The position numbers and the translations under genes are program-made. The notes below the pieces were generated by a model that saw only the letters and a list, made by a program, of their open reading frames with translations, searched no databases and was not told the origin of the DNA. From Propionibacterium ruminifibrarum (lineage in GTDB: Bacteria; Actinomycetota; Actinomycetes; Propionibacteriales; Propionibacteriaceae), in assembly GCF_900289195.1 (NCBI RefSeq), contig NZ_OMOH01000001.1, forward strand, positions 178,706 through 210,705: a stretch of 32,000 nucleotides of DNA, given 5' to 3'. Positions 22,035-32,000 of this stretch are shown one piece after another. The first letter of the stretch is position 1, and every line of letters starts with the position of its first letter.

Positions 22035-24236
22035 ATGACCATCTCGCCAACGAAGAGTCACCCAGCCCTCGGAGCCGTCCTCACCGAGGACGGTTGCGAT
22101 TTCCGCCTCGTGGCGCCTCGTGCCGAGCGCGTCGAACTGGCCCTCGTCAACGACGACGGCACGACGATTCGCAATGTCGACATGCGACGCGACGGCAAGA
22201 TCTGGTGGACCCGTGTCGAGGGCGTGAACGAGGGCCAACGGTACGGCTACCGGATCCATGGCGAGTGGAACCCCGATGCAGGCCTGCGCGCCAACCCGGC
22301 CAAGCTCCTCGTCGACCCCTACGCCCGCGCCGTCACCGCCGGCGTCGACTACACCGGCCCGATCTTCGACCACACCGCGGAATCGGACTACGAGCCGGAC
22401 ACCCGCGACTCCGCCCAGCACGTGCCGTTGTCCGTCGTCGTGGCGGACTCCCCCGCCCCCGAGCCGATCGCCCGGAGGCGCCCGCTCGAGGAGTGCGTCA
22501 TCTACGAGACGCACGTCAAGGGTTTCACGATCATGCACCCGGCCGTGCCCGAGCACATGCGGGGCCGCTACGCGGGTCTGGCCTACCCCGCCGTCATCGA
22601 GCACCTCAAGGAGCTCGGCGTCAACGCGATCGAGCTGCTCCCCCTGCACCAGTTCGTCTCCGAACCCTTCATCATGGGCCGGGGCCTGTCGAACTACTGG
22701 GGCTACAACACCCTGGCGTACTTCGCCCCGCACGGCGCCTACTGCTCGGTGGGGACCGAGGGCGACCAGGTCCGGGAGTTCAAGAACATGGTGAGCGCCC
22801 TGCACCGTGCCGGCATCGAGGTCATCCTCGACGTCGTCTACAACCACACGTGCGAGGGCAGCCACGAGGGCCCGACCCTGAGTTTCCGCGGCATCGACCA
22901 CAAGGGCTACTACCGGCTCACCGACGACCTGCGCAACGACTACGACGTCACGGGCTGCGGCAACTCGGTCGACACCGGGCACGAGGAGGTCCTCGACCTC
23001 ATCCACGAGTCGCTGCGCTACTGGGTCACCGAGATGGGCGTGGACGGATTCCGGTTCGACCTGGCCACCACCCTCATCCGCGACAGCGCCCACGGGGTCG
23101 ACCAGAACCACGAGTTCAAGAAGCGTCTGGCCGCCGACCCGGTGTTCGACGACATCAAGCTCATCGCCGAACCGTGGGACATGGGCCCTTACGGCTACCA
23201 GGTCGGACGCTGGGGCAAGGGGTGGAGCGAGTGGAACGACCGCTACCGCGGCCTCGTGCGCGACTACTGGCGCTCCCAGGTGCACGGCGTCAGCGAGTTC
23301 GCCTCCCGGATCGCCGGGTCACCCGACATCTTCGACCACGATGACCGCCCGCCGTCCAGCTCGATCAACTTCCTCGACGCCCACGACGGCTTCTGCCTGC
23401 GCGACCTGGTCAGCTACAACGGCAAGCACAACGAGGCCAACGGCGAGGGGAACCGCGACGGCTCGGACGACAACCGGTCCTGGAACTGTGGTGCCGAGGG
23501 CGAGACCGACGACCCGGCGGTCAACGCACTGCGTCACCGCCAGGTGCGCAACATGCTGGCCACTCTCATCATGTCCGACGGCACGCCGATGTTCTGCGCC
23601 GGCGACGAGATGGGTCGCACCCAGCAGGGCAACAACAACGCCTACTGCCAGGACAACCGCATCAACTGGGTGCACTGGGACCTGCTCGAGTCCTGGGGCG
23701 ATGTCTTCGCCGCCGCGAAGCGGTTCATCGCGTTGCGCGCCTCCTCGCCGCTGTTGCAGGCCGACGACTACCACTACCGCACCGAGGTCACCGACGCAGA
23801 CGGAGAGCCGCTGGGCCGCTACGAGATGGCCTGGATGAACGGCTACAGCGGTGAGATGGGTGAGGGCGACTGGAATGACGGCGCCCGTCGTCTTCTCGGC
23901 AAGTACGTCTCGGACGCCTCCGGCGAGGCCATCCTGACCTGGTTCTACGCCGGTGACCAACCCATCGAGGTGACCATGCCTCCCCTCCCGTGGGGTACGA
24001 GTTACCAGATCGTGGCATCCACCGCCGATGAGGGCGAGCTGCCCACAGAGGACCTGGCCCCTGGCCAGACCTTCACGATGCCCGGCCGCACGGTCGTCGC
24101 TATGAAGGTGGCCGTGCCGACCACTGCGGCGCAGCTGTCCGAACTCACCCGCCCGGTCGCCGAACCCGCCGCTGAGCCCGCCGTTCTGGAGGCCGTAGAA
24201 TCCGCCGCTCAGGAGACCACAGGGCCCGCGCAGTGA
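22035..24236 (+). CDS. glgX: Glycogen debranching enzyme (isoamylase-type GH13)
   Basis: 733 aa. LGAVLTEDGCDFRLVAP N-domain. GH13 regions VILDVVYNHT, GFRFDLA, EPWD and NFLDAHDGF. Confidence 0.93.
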   Translation: MTISPTKSHPALGAVLTEDGCDFRLVAPRAERVELALVNDDGTTIRNVDMRRDGKIWWTRVEGVNEGQRYGYRIHGEWNPDAGLRANPAKLLVDPYARAVTAGVDYTGPIFDHTAESDYEPDTRDSAQHVPLSVVVADSPAPEPIARRRPLEECVIYETHVKGFTIMHPAVPEHMRGRYAGLAYPAVIEHLKELGVNAIELLPLHQFVSEPFIMGRGLSNYWGYNTLAYFAPHGAYCSVGTEGDQVREFKNMVSALHRAGIEVILDVVYNHTCEGSHEGPTLSFRGIDHKGYYRLTDDLRNDYDVTGCGNSVDTGHEEVLDLIHESLRYWVTEMGVDGFRFDLATTLIRDSAHGVDQNHEFKKRLAADPVFDDIKLIAEPWDMGPYGYQVGRWGKGWSEWNDRYRGLVRDYWRSQVHGVSEFASRIAGSPDIFDHDDRPPSSSINFLDAHDGFCLRDLVSYNGKHNEANGEGNRDGSDDNRSWNCGAEGETDDPAVNALRHRQVRNMLATLIMSDGTPMFCAGDEMGRTQQGNNNAYCQDNRINWVHWDLLESWGDVFAAAKRFIALRASSPLLQADDYHYRTEVTDADGEPLGRYEMAWMNGYSGEMGEGDWNDGARRLLGKYVSDASGEAILTWFYAGDQPIEVTMPPLPWGTSYQIVASTADEGELPTEDLAPGQTFTMPGRTVVAMKVAVPTTAAQLSELTRPVAEPAAEPAVLEAVESAAQETTGPAQ

Positions 24237-24240
24237 GCCG

Positions 24241-24265
24241 TTGCCGCCGATGGTGCGGGCGGCAA
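24241..24265 (+). terminator. Hairpin immediately after glgX stop
   Basis: TTGCCGCC (24241-24248), 9-nt loop, GGCGGCAA (24258-24265). Confidence 0.4.
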
Positions 24266-24293
24266 CGAACCGGACACGGCACCGAAGAACAGA

Positions 24294-24325
24294 GCCGGGC
24301 CCCGAGGAATTCCTCGGGGCCCGGC
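24294..24325. terminator. Bidirectional terminator: perfect 32-nt palindrome between convergent glgX and glgP
   Basis: GCCGGGCCCCGAGG-AATT-CCTCGGGGCCCGGC has a 14-bp GC-rich stem, followed by CCTTT on the plus strand. Confidence 0.65.
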
Positions 24326-24347
24326 CCTTTGACGTCGGAGTCGGTTG

Positions 24348-26915
24348 TCAGAGCTCGGCGGCCGAGGCATCGGCCACGACCGCCAGGCCCAACTCGGAGG
24401 GGCTGGCCAGCAGCGGATTCTTCGGCACGACACGCACCGTGTACCCGACCGCACCGGCGAAGTGCGCGACGGCTCGCGTGGTGAACTCCTGAGCGCCGCC
24501 CTCGGAGCGGCCGGTCGGTTTCAACTCGTTGATGCGCACGTTGGACATCTCGTCGGAGTTTCCGTTGACGTCGCCGGTCACCAGCTGAACCGAGACGTCC
24601 TCAGCGGTCAGATCACCGAGACGCACCCACGCGACGAGGTTGTTCTCGGACCCGACCGGGACCGGGTTCGGCAGGTCGGAGATGACGCGCTCGACGGACA
24701 CGGTGGACCATGCGCTGCGCACGTTCCGCTTCCACTGGGCCAGCTCGGCGGCGGCCCCCTTGGCGGCCAGCGCACGAGAGGAACGGGCGGCGGGCGTGTA
24801 ATACCACGTGGTGTAGTCGCGCACCATGCGGCTGGCGAGGATCTTAGGCCCGAGGTCGGAGATCGTCTCGCGCATCATGCGGATCCACGCGGTGGGCAGG
24901 CCGTTGGCGTCCCGGTTGTAGAACTTCGGTACGATCTCGTCCTCGATGATGTCGTACAGGGCCTCCGCCTCGGCCGCGTCGCGGGCCACCGGGTCGGTGA
25001 TCGTGTCGGCCGAGGGGATCTCCCATCCGAAGCGGGGCTCGTACCACTCGTCCCACCAGCCGTCGCGCACCGACAGGTTGGCTGCGCCGTTGAGGGCCGC
25101 CTTCATACCGGAGGTGCCGCAGGCCTCGTAGGGACGCAGGGGGTTGTTCAGCCAGACGTCGCAGCCCGGGTACAGCGGGCGGGCCATCGACATGTCGTAG
25201 TCGGGCAGGACGACGATCTTGCCGCGCACCTCGGGGTCGTCGGCGAACTGCACCATCTGCTGGATGAGGCCCTTACCGATGTCGTCGGCCGGGTGGGCCT
25301 TGCCGGCGATGACGAACTGCACGGGGCGTTCGGGGTCGTTGAGCAGCTTCTTGAGCCGTTCGGGCTGGCTCAGCATGAGGGTGAGGCGCTTGTACGAGGC
25401 GCCGCGGCGTGCGAACCCGATGGTCAGGGCGTTGGGGTTGAGAGCACCGCTCACCCAGTCGGCGTTGATGCCGCGCAGCTGGCAGCTCTTCTCGAGCCGC
25501 TCCCTGGCCATCAGGATCATCTCACCGCACATGCGGCGCTTGAGCGACCACAGCGAGGCGTCGTCGACCCGGTCGAGGGCCGACCAGTCGTAGCCGTCGA
25601 CGACGGTCTCGGCGTCACTGGTCCGGGTCTCGAGGAGCCCGAGCAGGTCCGGGTGGATCCAGGTGGGGTGGTGGACGCCATTGGTGACCGAACCGATCGG
25701 CACCTCGGTGACGTCGAAGTTGGGCCACAGACCCTGGAACATCTCGCGGCTGACCTTGCCGTGCAGCAGGGAGACGCCGTTCGAACGCTGTCCCAGGCGA
25801 AGGCCCATGACGGCCATGTTGAAGCGCGAGGGGTCGCCGTCGGCGTAGTCCTCGGCGCCGAGCGCGAGGATGCGCTCGAGCGGCAGGGGCGCGAAATCGC
25901 TGAACTGGTCGGCGATCTGGTTCTGCCCGAACCGGTCGATGCCGGCCGGGACCGGGGTGTGGGTCGTGAAGAGCGTGCCGCCACGGGTCTTCTCCAGGGC
26001 GGTCTCGAAGTCGTCCCCGGACTCCATGAACTCGCGGATGCGCTCCAGGCCGAGGAAGCCGGCATGGCCCTCGTTGCAGTGGAAGACGTCCGGCTCGGGA
26101 CGGCCGGTCAGACGGCAGAACACGCGCAGGGCGCGCACGCCGCCGACACCGAGGAGGATCTCCTGGGCGAGTCGATGGTTCGAGTCGCCGCCGTAGAGGC
26201 GGTCGGTGATGTGGCGGGCCGGCTCGTCATTGGCCTCGACGTTGGTGTCCATGAGCAGCAGGGGCACACGGCCGACCTGGACGGTCCACAGCTGGGCCTT
26301 GACCGGGCGGTGGCCGACGGTGATCTCGATGCTGGCCTGGCCGTCGCCGTCCATGAGGGGGCTGATCGGCAGCTCGTGCGGGTCGAGCATCGGGTAGTAC
26401 TCCTGCTGCCAGCCCGATGCGTTCAGGCTCTGGCGGAAGTAGCCCTGCGCGTACAGCAACCCGACGCCGATGATCGGCACACCGAGGTCGGAGGCCGCCT
26501 TGAGGTGATCACCGGCGAGGATGCCGAGGCCACCGGAGTACTGCGGCAGCACGGAGGCGATGCCGAACTCGGCGGAGAAGTAACCGATGGATGCGGGGGC
26601 GCCCTCGGTCCTGGCCGCGAAGCCCTGGAACCACCGGTCACCGTTCACGTAGTCGTTCAAGTCCTGCTGTACGAGCTCGAGGTGACGCAGATAGCGCCGG
26701 TCGCCGGCGAGCGTGTCGAGACGCTCACGGGAGACGGTCGCCAGCAGTTTCAGGGGGGAGCGCTCGGTGACCTCCCACAGCTCGGGGTCGAGGGACTCGA
26801 AAAGGTCCTGGGTTTGCGGGTGCCATGCCCACCGCAGGTTCAGGGCGAGATCGTGCAGGGGCTTGAGCGGCTCCGGCAGGACCGGCTGAACAATGAATTT
26901 TCTGATAGCTCGCAC
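24348..26915 (-). CDS. glgP: Alpha-1,4-glucan (glycogen/maltodextrin) phosphorylase, actinobacterial GlgP type
   Basis: 855 aa. (V)RAIRKFIVQPVLPEPL..., SGGLGILAGDHLK, NEGHAGF, TTHTPVPAG and the AGKAHP PLP-lysine motif. The GTG 26915 start is supported by TACCCT-N6-GTG. The rest of the 1691-aa track ORF is antisense read-through of glgE. Confidence 0.92.
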   Translation of the reverse strand: MRAIRKFIVQPVLPEPLKPLHDLALNLRWAWHPQTQDLFESLDPELWEVTERSPLKLLATVSRERLDTLAGDRRYLRHLELVQQDLNDYVNGDRWFQGFAARTEGAPASIGYFSAEFGIASVLPQYSGGLGILAGDHLKAASDLGVPIIGVGLLYAQGYFRQSLNASGWQQEYYPMLDPHELPISPLMDGDGQASIEITVGHRPVKAQLWTVQVGRVPLLLMDTNVEANDEPARHITDRLYGGDSNHRLAQEILLGVGGVRALRVFCRLTGRPEPDVFHCNEGHAGFLGLERIREFMESGDDFETALEKTRGGTLFTTHTPVPAGIDRFGQNQIADQFSDFAPLPLERILALGAEDYADGDPSRFNMAVMGLRLGQRSNGVSLLHGKVSREMFQGLWPNFDVTEVPIGSVTNGVHHPTWIHPDLLGLLETRTSDAETVVDGYDWSALDRVDDASLWSLKRRMCGEMILMARERLEKSCQLRGINADWVSGALNPNALTIGFARRGASYKRLTLMLSQPERLKKLLNDPERPVQFVIAGKAHPADDIGKGLIQQMVQFADDPEVRGKIVVLPDYDMSMARPLYPGCDVWLNNPLRPYEACGTSGMKAALNGAANLSVRDGWWDEWYEPRFGWEIPSADTITDPVARDAAEAEALYDIIEDEIVPKFYNRDANGLPTAWIRMMRETISDLGPKILASRMVRDYTTWYYTPAARSSRALAAKGAAAELAQWKRNVRSAWSTVSVERVISDLPNPVPVGSENNLVAWVRLGDLTAEDVSVQLVTGDVNGNSDEMSNVRINELKPTGRSEGGAQEFTTRAVAHFAGAVGYTVRVVPKNPLLASPSELGLAVVADASAAEL

Positions 26916-26921
26916 CCCACA

Positions 26922-26927
26922 AGGGTA
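26922..26927 (-). promoter_or_regulatory. Candidate -10 element (TACCCT) for leaderless glgP
   Basis: Minus strand reads TACCCT-TGTGGG-GTG(26915). Confidence 0.4.
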
Positions 26928-27062
26928 TCGGGCGCGGCGAAGCAAGGGGCAGTGGCGCTCATCCGTCCAGCATGTGGGAGTTCGCCGATGGTGAAGACGC
27001 TGGCCGTGAAGGACCTGCGGGTCACCGCGCGTCCCCCGGCGCAGGGAGCCGGGCCGGGCCGG

Positions 27063-27068
27063 TAGCGT
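27063..27068 (+). promoter_or_regulatory. Candidate -10 element (TAGCGT) for leaderless glgE
   Basis: TAGCGT-agatgc-GTG(27075). Confidence 0.4.
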
Positions 27069-27074
27069 AGATGC

Positions 27075-29315
27075 GTGTTCAGCAAGTGGAAGTCGCGCTC
27101 CCAGCGCCGCAACGAGAGCCCCCAGCAGGTCCCGGACGAGCCCACCACGGCCCCCGCCCCGATGCCCCAGGAGCCCCCGAACCGGCAAGAGCCGGCACCC
27201 CGGGCCGACGTGCAGCCGGTCTCTCCCCCGGTGGTACCGGAGCAGGCCCTCGCCGACGAGCCCGACGCCGGCCGGCCGCGCCACGCGGCCCCCGAGCCGC
27301 CCGCCGAGAACCCGACCCGCATTCCGGTGCCGCCGCGCCGCGGCGTGCCGAACGGCTTCGGTCGCATCCCGGTCCACAACGTCTCGCCCGTCCTCGAGAA
27401 CGGCGCCTACCCGGCCAAGGCCGTCGAGGGCGAGACCATCACCGTCCGCGCGAACATCTTCCGCGAGGGCCACGACGCCCTGGGCGCCTGCGTGATCCTC
27501 ACCGACCCGGCGGGCACCGAGCAGCGCATCGACATGGCCCAGGTCGAACCCATGGGCCTGGACATCTGGGCCGCGCAGGTGCGGCTGGGGGTGCCCGGCG
27601 ACTACAGCTTCCGCGTCGAGGCCTTCGACGACCGCTGGCGCACCTGGCAGCACAATGCCGCCATCAAGCTGGATGCCGGCCTCGACGTGCCCCTGGTCTG
27701 CGCCGAGGGCCGCATCCTGCTGGAGGAGGCCGCCGAGGCGGCGCGTGCCGCCGACGCCGAGCACGACGCCGCCCTCCTGGCCGACGCCGGCCGGCGTCTG
27801 GACCCGGGCGCCCCAGTCCAGCAGCTGCGCGAGGTCGTGACGGGACCGGAGGTGGATGCGGCCATGAGCCGCTGGCTCCCCCGCAACCTGCTGACCCCCA
27901 CCGCCGAGTTCCCGCTCGTCGTCCACCGCCGCGGTGCCCAGTTCTCCAGCTGGTACGAGTTCTTCCCCCGTTCGGTCGGAGCCGTCCGCCACGAGGACGG
28001 CTCTTGGACCTCCGGCACCTTCAGGTCCAGCGAGAAGATGCTGGAACGCATCGCCGAGCTCGGTTTCACCGTTGCCTACCTGCCACCCATCAACCCGATC
28101 GGCAGGGCCTTCCGCAAGGGACCGAACAACACGCTGCAGGCCGGCCCCGATGATCCGGGATCGCCCTGGGCCATCGGCTCGGCCGACGGCGGGCACGATG
28201 CGGTGAACCCCGAGCTGGGCACCATCGAGGACTTCGACCACTTCGTGGCCCGGGCCCACGAGCTGGGGTTGGAGATCGCCCTGGACTTCGCGCTGCAGGC
28301 CTCCCCCGACCATCCGTGGGCCGTCGAGCACCCCGAGTGGTTCACCACGCGCGCCGACGGCACCATCGCCTACGCCGAGAACCCGCCGAAGAAGTACCAG
28401 GACATCTACCCGATCAATTTCGACAACGACCCCGAGGGCATCTACAACGAGGCCCTGCGCCTGGCCGAGTTCTGGATCGATCACGGCGTGACGATCCTGC
28501 GCGTCGACAACCCGCACACCAAGCCGGTCGACTTCTGGGCCTGGTTCGCGGCACGTCTGCACGAACGTCACCCCGAGGTCGTGATCCAGGCCGAGGCCTT
28601 CACGCGCCCCGAGATGATGCATGCCCTGGCCAAGGTCGGTTTCCACCTGTCCTACTGCTACTACACGTGGCGCAACACGAAGTACGAGCTGGGCGAGTAC
28701 CTCACCGAACTCTCGAACGAGTCGGTGGACTTCTTCCGCCCGAACTTCTTCACGAACACCCCGGACATCAATCCGACGTTCACCCAGTCCGGCAATCCGG
28801 CGGCCTTCGCGATCCGCATGATCCTGGCAGCGACGATGAGCCCCGCCTGGGGCGTCTACTCCGGCTTCGAGCTGTGCGAGCACGAGGTGCTCAAGCCCGG
28901 TGGCGAGGAGTACATGAACTCCGAGAAGTACGAGTTCCGCCCCCGCGACTACGACGCCGAACCCAATCTCAACGGGCTCATGAGGATGCTGAACGCCATC
29001 CGGGCCGGGCACCCGGCGCTGCAGCAGATGCGCGGCACACAGGTGCTGGGCACGAGCAGCGACAAGATCTTCGCCTTCGCCAAGCGCGACGGGGACGACC
29101 GAGTCGTCACGATCGTCAGCCTCGACCCGGACGAAGGGGTGGACGGCACGGTGCACATCGATCTCGGCTGGCTCGGCCTCGACCCGGACGCCCCGGTCCG
29201 AGTTCACGACGAGCTGACCGGGCAGGATTTCGACTGGGGCGCCGACAACTACGTACGCTTGTGGCCGGCCCAGCCGGCCCACGTCCTGTCGGTGCGCCCG
29301 GCAGACCAGGGCTGA
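27075..29315 (+). CDS. glgE: Alpha-1,4-glucan:maltose-1-phosphate maltosyltransferase
   Basis: 746 aa. GRIPVHNVSPVLENGAYPAKAV, SSWYEFFPRS, YLPPINPIG, RVDNPHTKP and YCYYTWRN motifs of GlgE. Carries a ~93-aa Pro-rich N-terminal extension. Confidence 0.92.
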   Translation: MFSKWKSRSQRRNESPQQVPDEPTTAPAPMPQEPPNRQEPAPRADVQPVSPPVVPEQALADEPDAGRPRHAAPEPPAENPTRIPVPPRRGVPNGFGRIPVHNVSPVLENGAYPAKAVEGETITVRANIFREGHDALGACVILTDPAGTEQRIDMAQVEPMGLDIWAAQVRLGVPGDYSFRVEAFDDRWRTWQHNAAIKLDAGLDVPLVCAEGRILLEEAAEAARAADAEHDAALLADAGRRLDPGAPVQQLREVVTGPEVDAAMSRWLPRNLLTPTAEFPLVVHRRGAQFSSWYEFFPRSVGAVRHEDGSWTSGTFRSSEKMLERIAELGFTVAYLPPINPIGRAFRKGPNNTLQAGPDDPGSPWAIGSADGGHDAVNPELGTIEDFDHFVARAHELGLEIALDFALQASPDHPWAVEHPEWFTTRADGTIAYAENPPKKYQDIYPINFDNDPEGIYNEALRLAEFWIDHGVTILRVDNPHTKPVDFWAWFAARLHERHPEVVIQAEAFTRPEMMHALAKVGFHLSYCYYTWRNTKYELGEYLTELSNESVDFFRPNFFTNTPDINPTFTQSGNPAAFAIRMILAATMSPAWGVYSGFELCEHEVLKPGGEEYMNSEKYEFRPRDYDAEPNLNGLMRMLNAIRAGHPALQQMRGTQVLGTSSDKIFAFAKRDGDDRVVTIVSLDPDEGVDGTVHIDLGWLGLDPDAPVRVHDELTGQDFDWGADNYVRLWPAQPAHVLSVRPADQG

Positions 29316-29323
29316 TCCGCTCA

Positions 29324-29358
29324 GGCGTGGTACGGGCCGGACGGGTCCGTACCACGCC
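29324..29358 (+). terminator. Strong hairpin between glgE and treS (terminator/attenuator or mRNA-stabilising element)
   Basis: GGCGTGGTACGG (29324-29335), 11-nt loop, CCGTACCACGCC (29347-29358). A perfect 12-bp stem with no U-tract. Confidence 0.4.
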
Positions 29359-29409
29359 GTCCTGCGCTGAGGACCCCTCATCTCGTCAGCACCCGGACAC
29401 AGGCAGGAG

Positions 29410-31183
<1,774 letters not shown>

Positions 31184-31191
<8 letters not shown>

Positions 31192-32000
31192 TCTGCTGAC
31201 CGATCCGCGCTGGATCCACGCCGCGGCCTCGCGCTGGTTCGCCGGCAAGGGCTCTGCCGCCGTCCCGGTGGCCATCACGCCGTTGGACTGGATCGTGCCG
31301 CCGGGCGGGAGCGGTCCGGCAGTCCGCTCCGAGATCCTCTCGGTCGCCTACCCCGACGGCAGGTCGGAGGACTACCAGCTGCTGCTCAGCTACCGGGTGG
31401 ACCGCCTCGCCGGGGCCGTCATCGGACGCGGGCTGGACGAGGGCTTCGAGTGGGTGCACGACGCCACCCGGGACCCGCAGGCCATCATCGCGCTCCTCTC
31501 GGCGATCCGCGGCGACGGCCACGGCGCCGACTGGCAGGCCCACCTGGCGTTCGACGCACTGCCCGCCGATCCGCGCCCGGTGCGCGTCTTCGAGGGCGAG
31601 CAGTCGAATTCGACCGTCTTCCTCGGCCGCAGCGCCCTGCTCAAGATCGTCCGCCGCCTGGAACCGGGCCGCAGCATCGACATCGAGCTGCACGAGGCGC
31701 TGGCGCGGGCCGGCGTGACGAGCACCGACAAGCTGCTCGGCGCCCTCAGCGCCACCCTCCCGGGTGGCGACGGTCCCGGCGTCCAGGTCGACCTGGCCAT
31801 GATCACCGTGCTGATCGACAAGGCCCGGGACGGGTGGGAACTGGCCTGCGCCGAGGCGGCCGCCGGCCATGACTTCTCCGGACCGGCCGCCGGTCTCGGC
31901 TCGGCGCTGGCGCAGGTGCACGCCGCGCTGGCCGAGCAGCTCGGCACCAGCACGTTGAGCGGTGACCGGGTCGCCGACGCCATGGCCGATCGCCTGGCCT
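31184..32000 (+). CDS. pep2: Maltokinase (maltose 1-phosphate-forming), N-terminal part; 3' end outside window
   Basis: My own translation from ATG 31184: MSDLLTDPRWIHAAASRWFAGKG...FEGEQSNSTVFLGRSALLKIVRRLEPGRSIDIELHEAL...GWELA...LGSALAQVHAALAEQLGT. It matches mycobacterial Pep2/Mak motifs. The frame is open to the window end, so it is absent from the ORF track. It overlaps the treS stop by 8 nt. Confidence 0.88.

Noticed and set aside
27048-27062. Short tandem (GCCGG)x3 in the glgP-glgE intergenic region, and CATTC-A-CATTC near 21913
   Set aside because: Both are too short to be meaningful repeats in a GC-rich genome. There is no array structure, so this is not CRISPR or VNTR-like.
24345-27065. 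906-aa plus-strand ORF antisense to glgP
   Set aside because: Low-complexity Gly/Val/Asp/Arg composition with no motifs. It is the mirror frame of a well-supported gene, the classic high-GC shadow ORF.

Overview
High-GC actinobacterial chromosomal core segment. The ppm1/rbpA pair, gatCAB, mnmA with an Rv3015c-like gene, and the GlgE alpha-glucan pathway are typical of Actinomycetota; the genus cannot be decided from sequence alone. I call 25 protein-coding genes, two of them cut by the window edges, plus one speculative small ORF. I found no rRNA, tRNA, CRISPR array, IS element or prophage remnant.

Gene order, left to right:
- ppm1 (partial), rbpA, a GDPD phosphodiesterase, a PGPGW membrane protein, an XRE-HTH::MurA fusion, lpd.
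- A five-gene minus-strand unit: AlkZ/YcaQ-like glycosylase, Cys-tailed ArsD-like protein, Trp-rich hypothetical, GpmA-like mutase, atypical CLC.
- About 0.55 kb of unexplained intergenic DNA, then an M24 peptidase and an MFS transporter.
- A minus-strand unit: small membrane protein, gatC, gatA, gatB, atypical aminoacyl-PG synthase.
- mnmA plus a MetE-like gene, then glgX, glgP, glgE, treS and pep2 (partial).

Most long antisense or alternate-frame ORFs in the six-frame track are high-GC artefacts. Several track ORFs are over-extended at the 5' end; I re-set their starts using SD motifs, ATGA stop/start overlaps or leaderless -10 signatures.

Nothing resembles a defence island or mobile accessory region. 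The items most worth follow-up:
- Unusual domain architectures: HTH-MurA, a non-MprF N-terminal module on the aaPG synthase, and an ArsD-like protein without the N-terminal Cys triad.
- The orphan 0.55 kb intergenic region, which has its own leaderless-type start signature and an 11-bp inverted repeat.
- A recurrent TAnnnT-N6/7-ATG/GTG leaderless promoter pattern.

All homology statements come from by-eye motif recognition, not from database searches.
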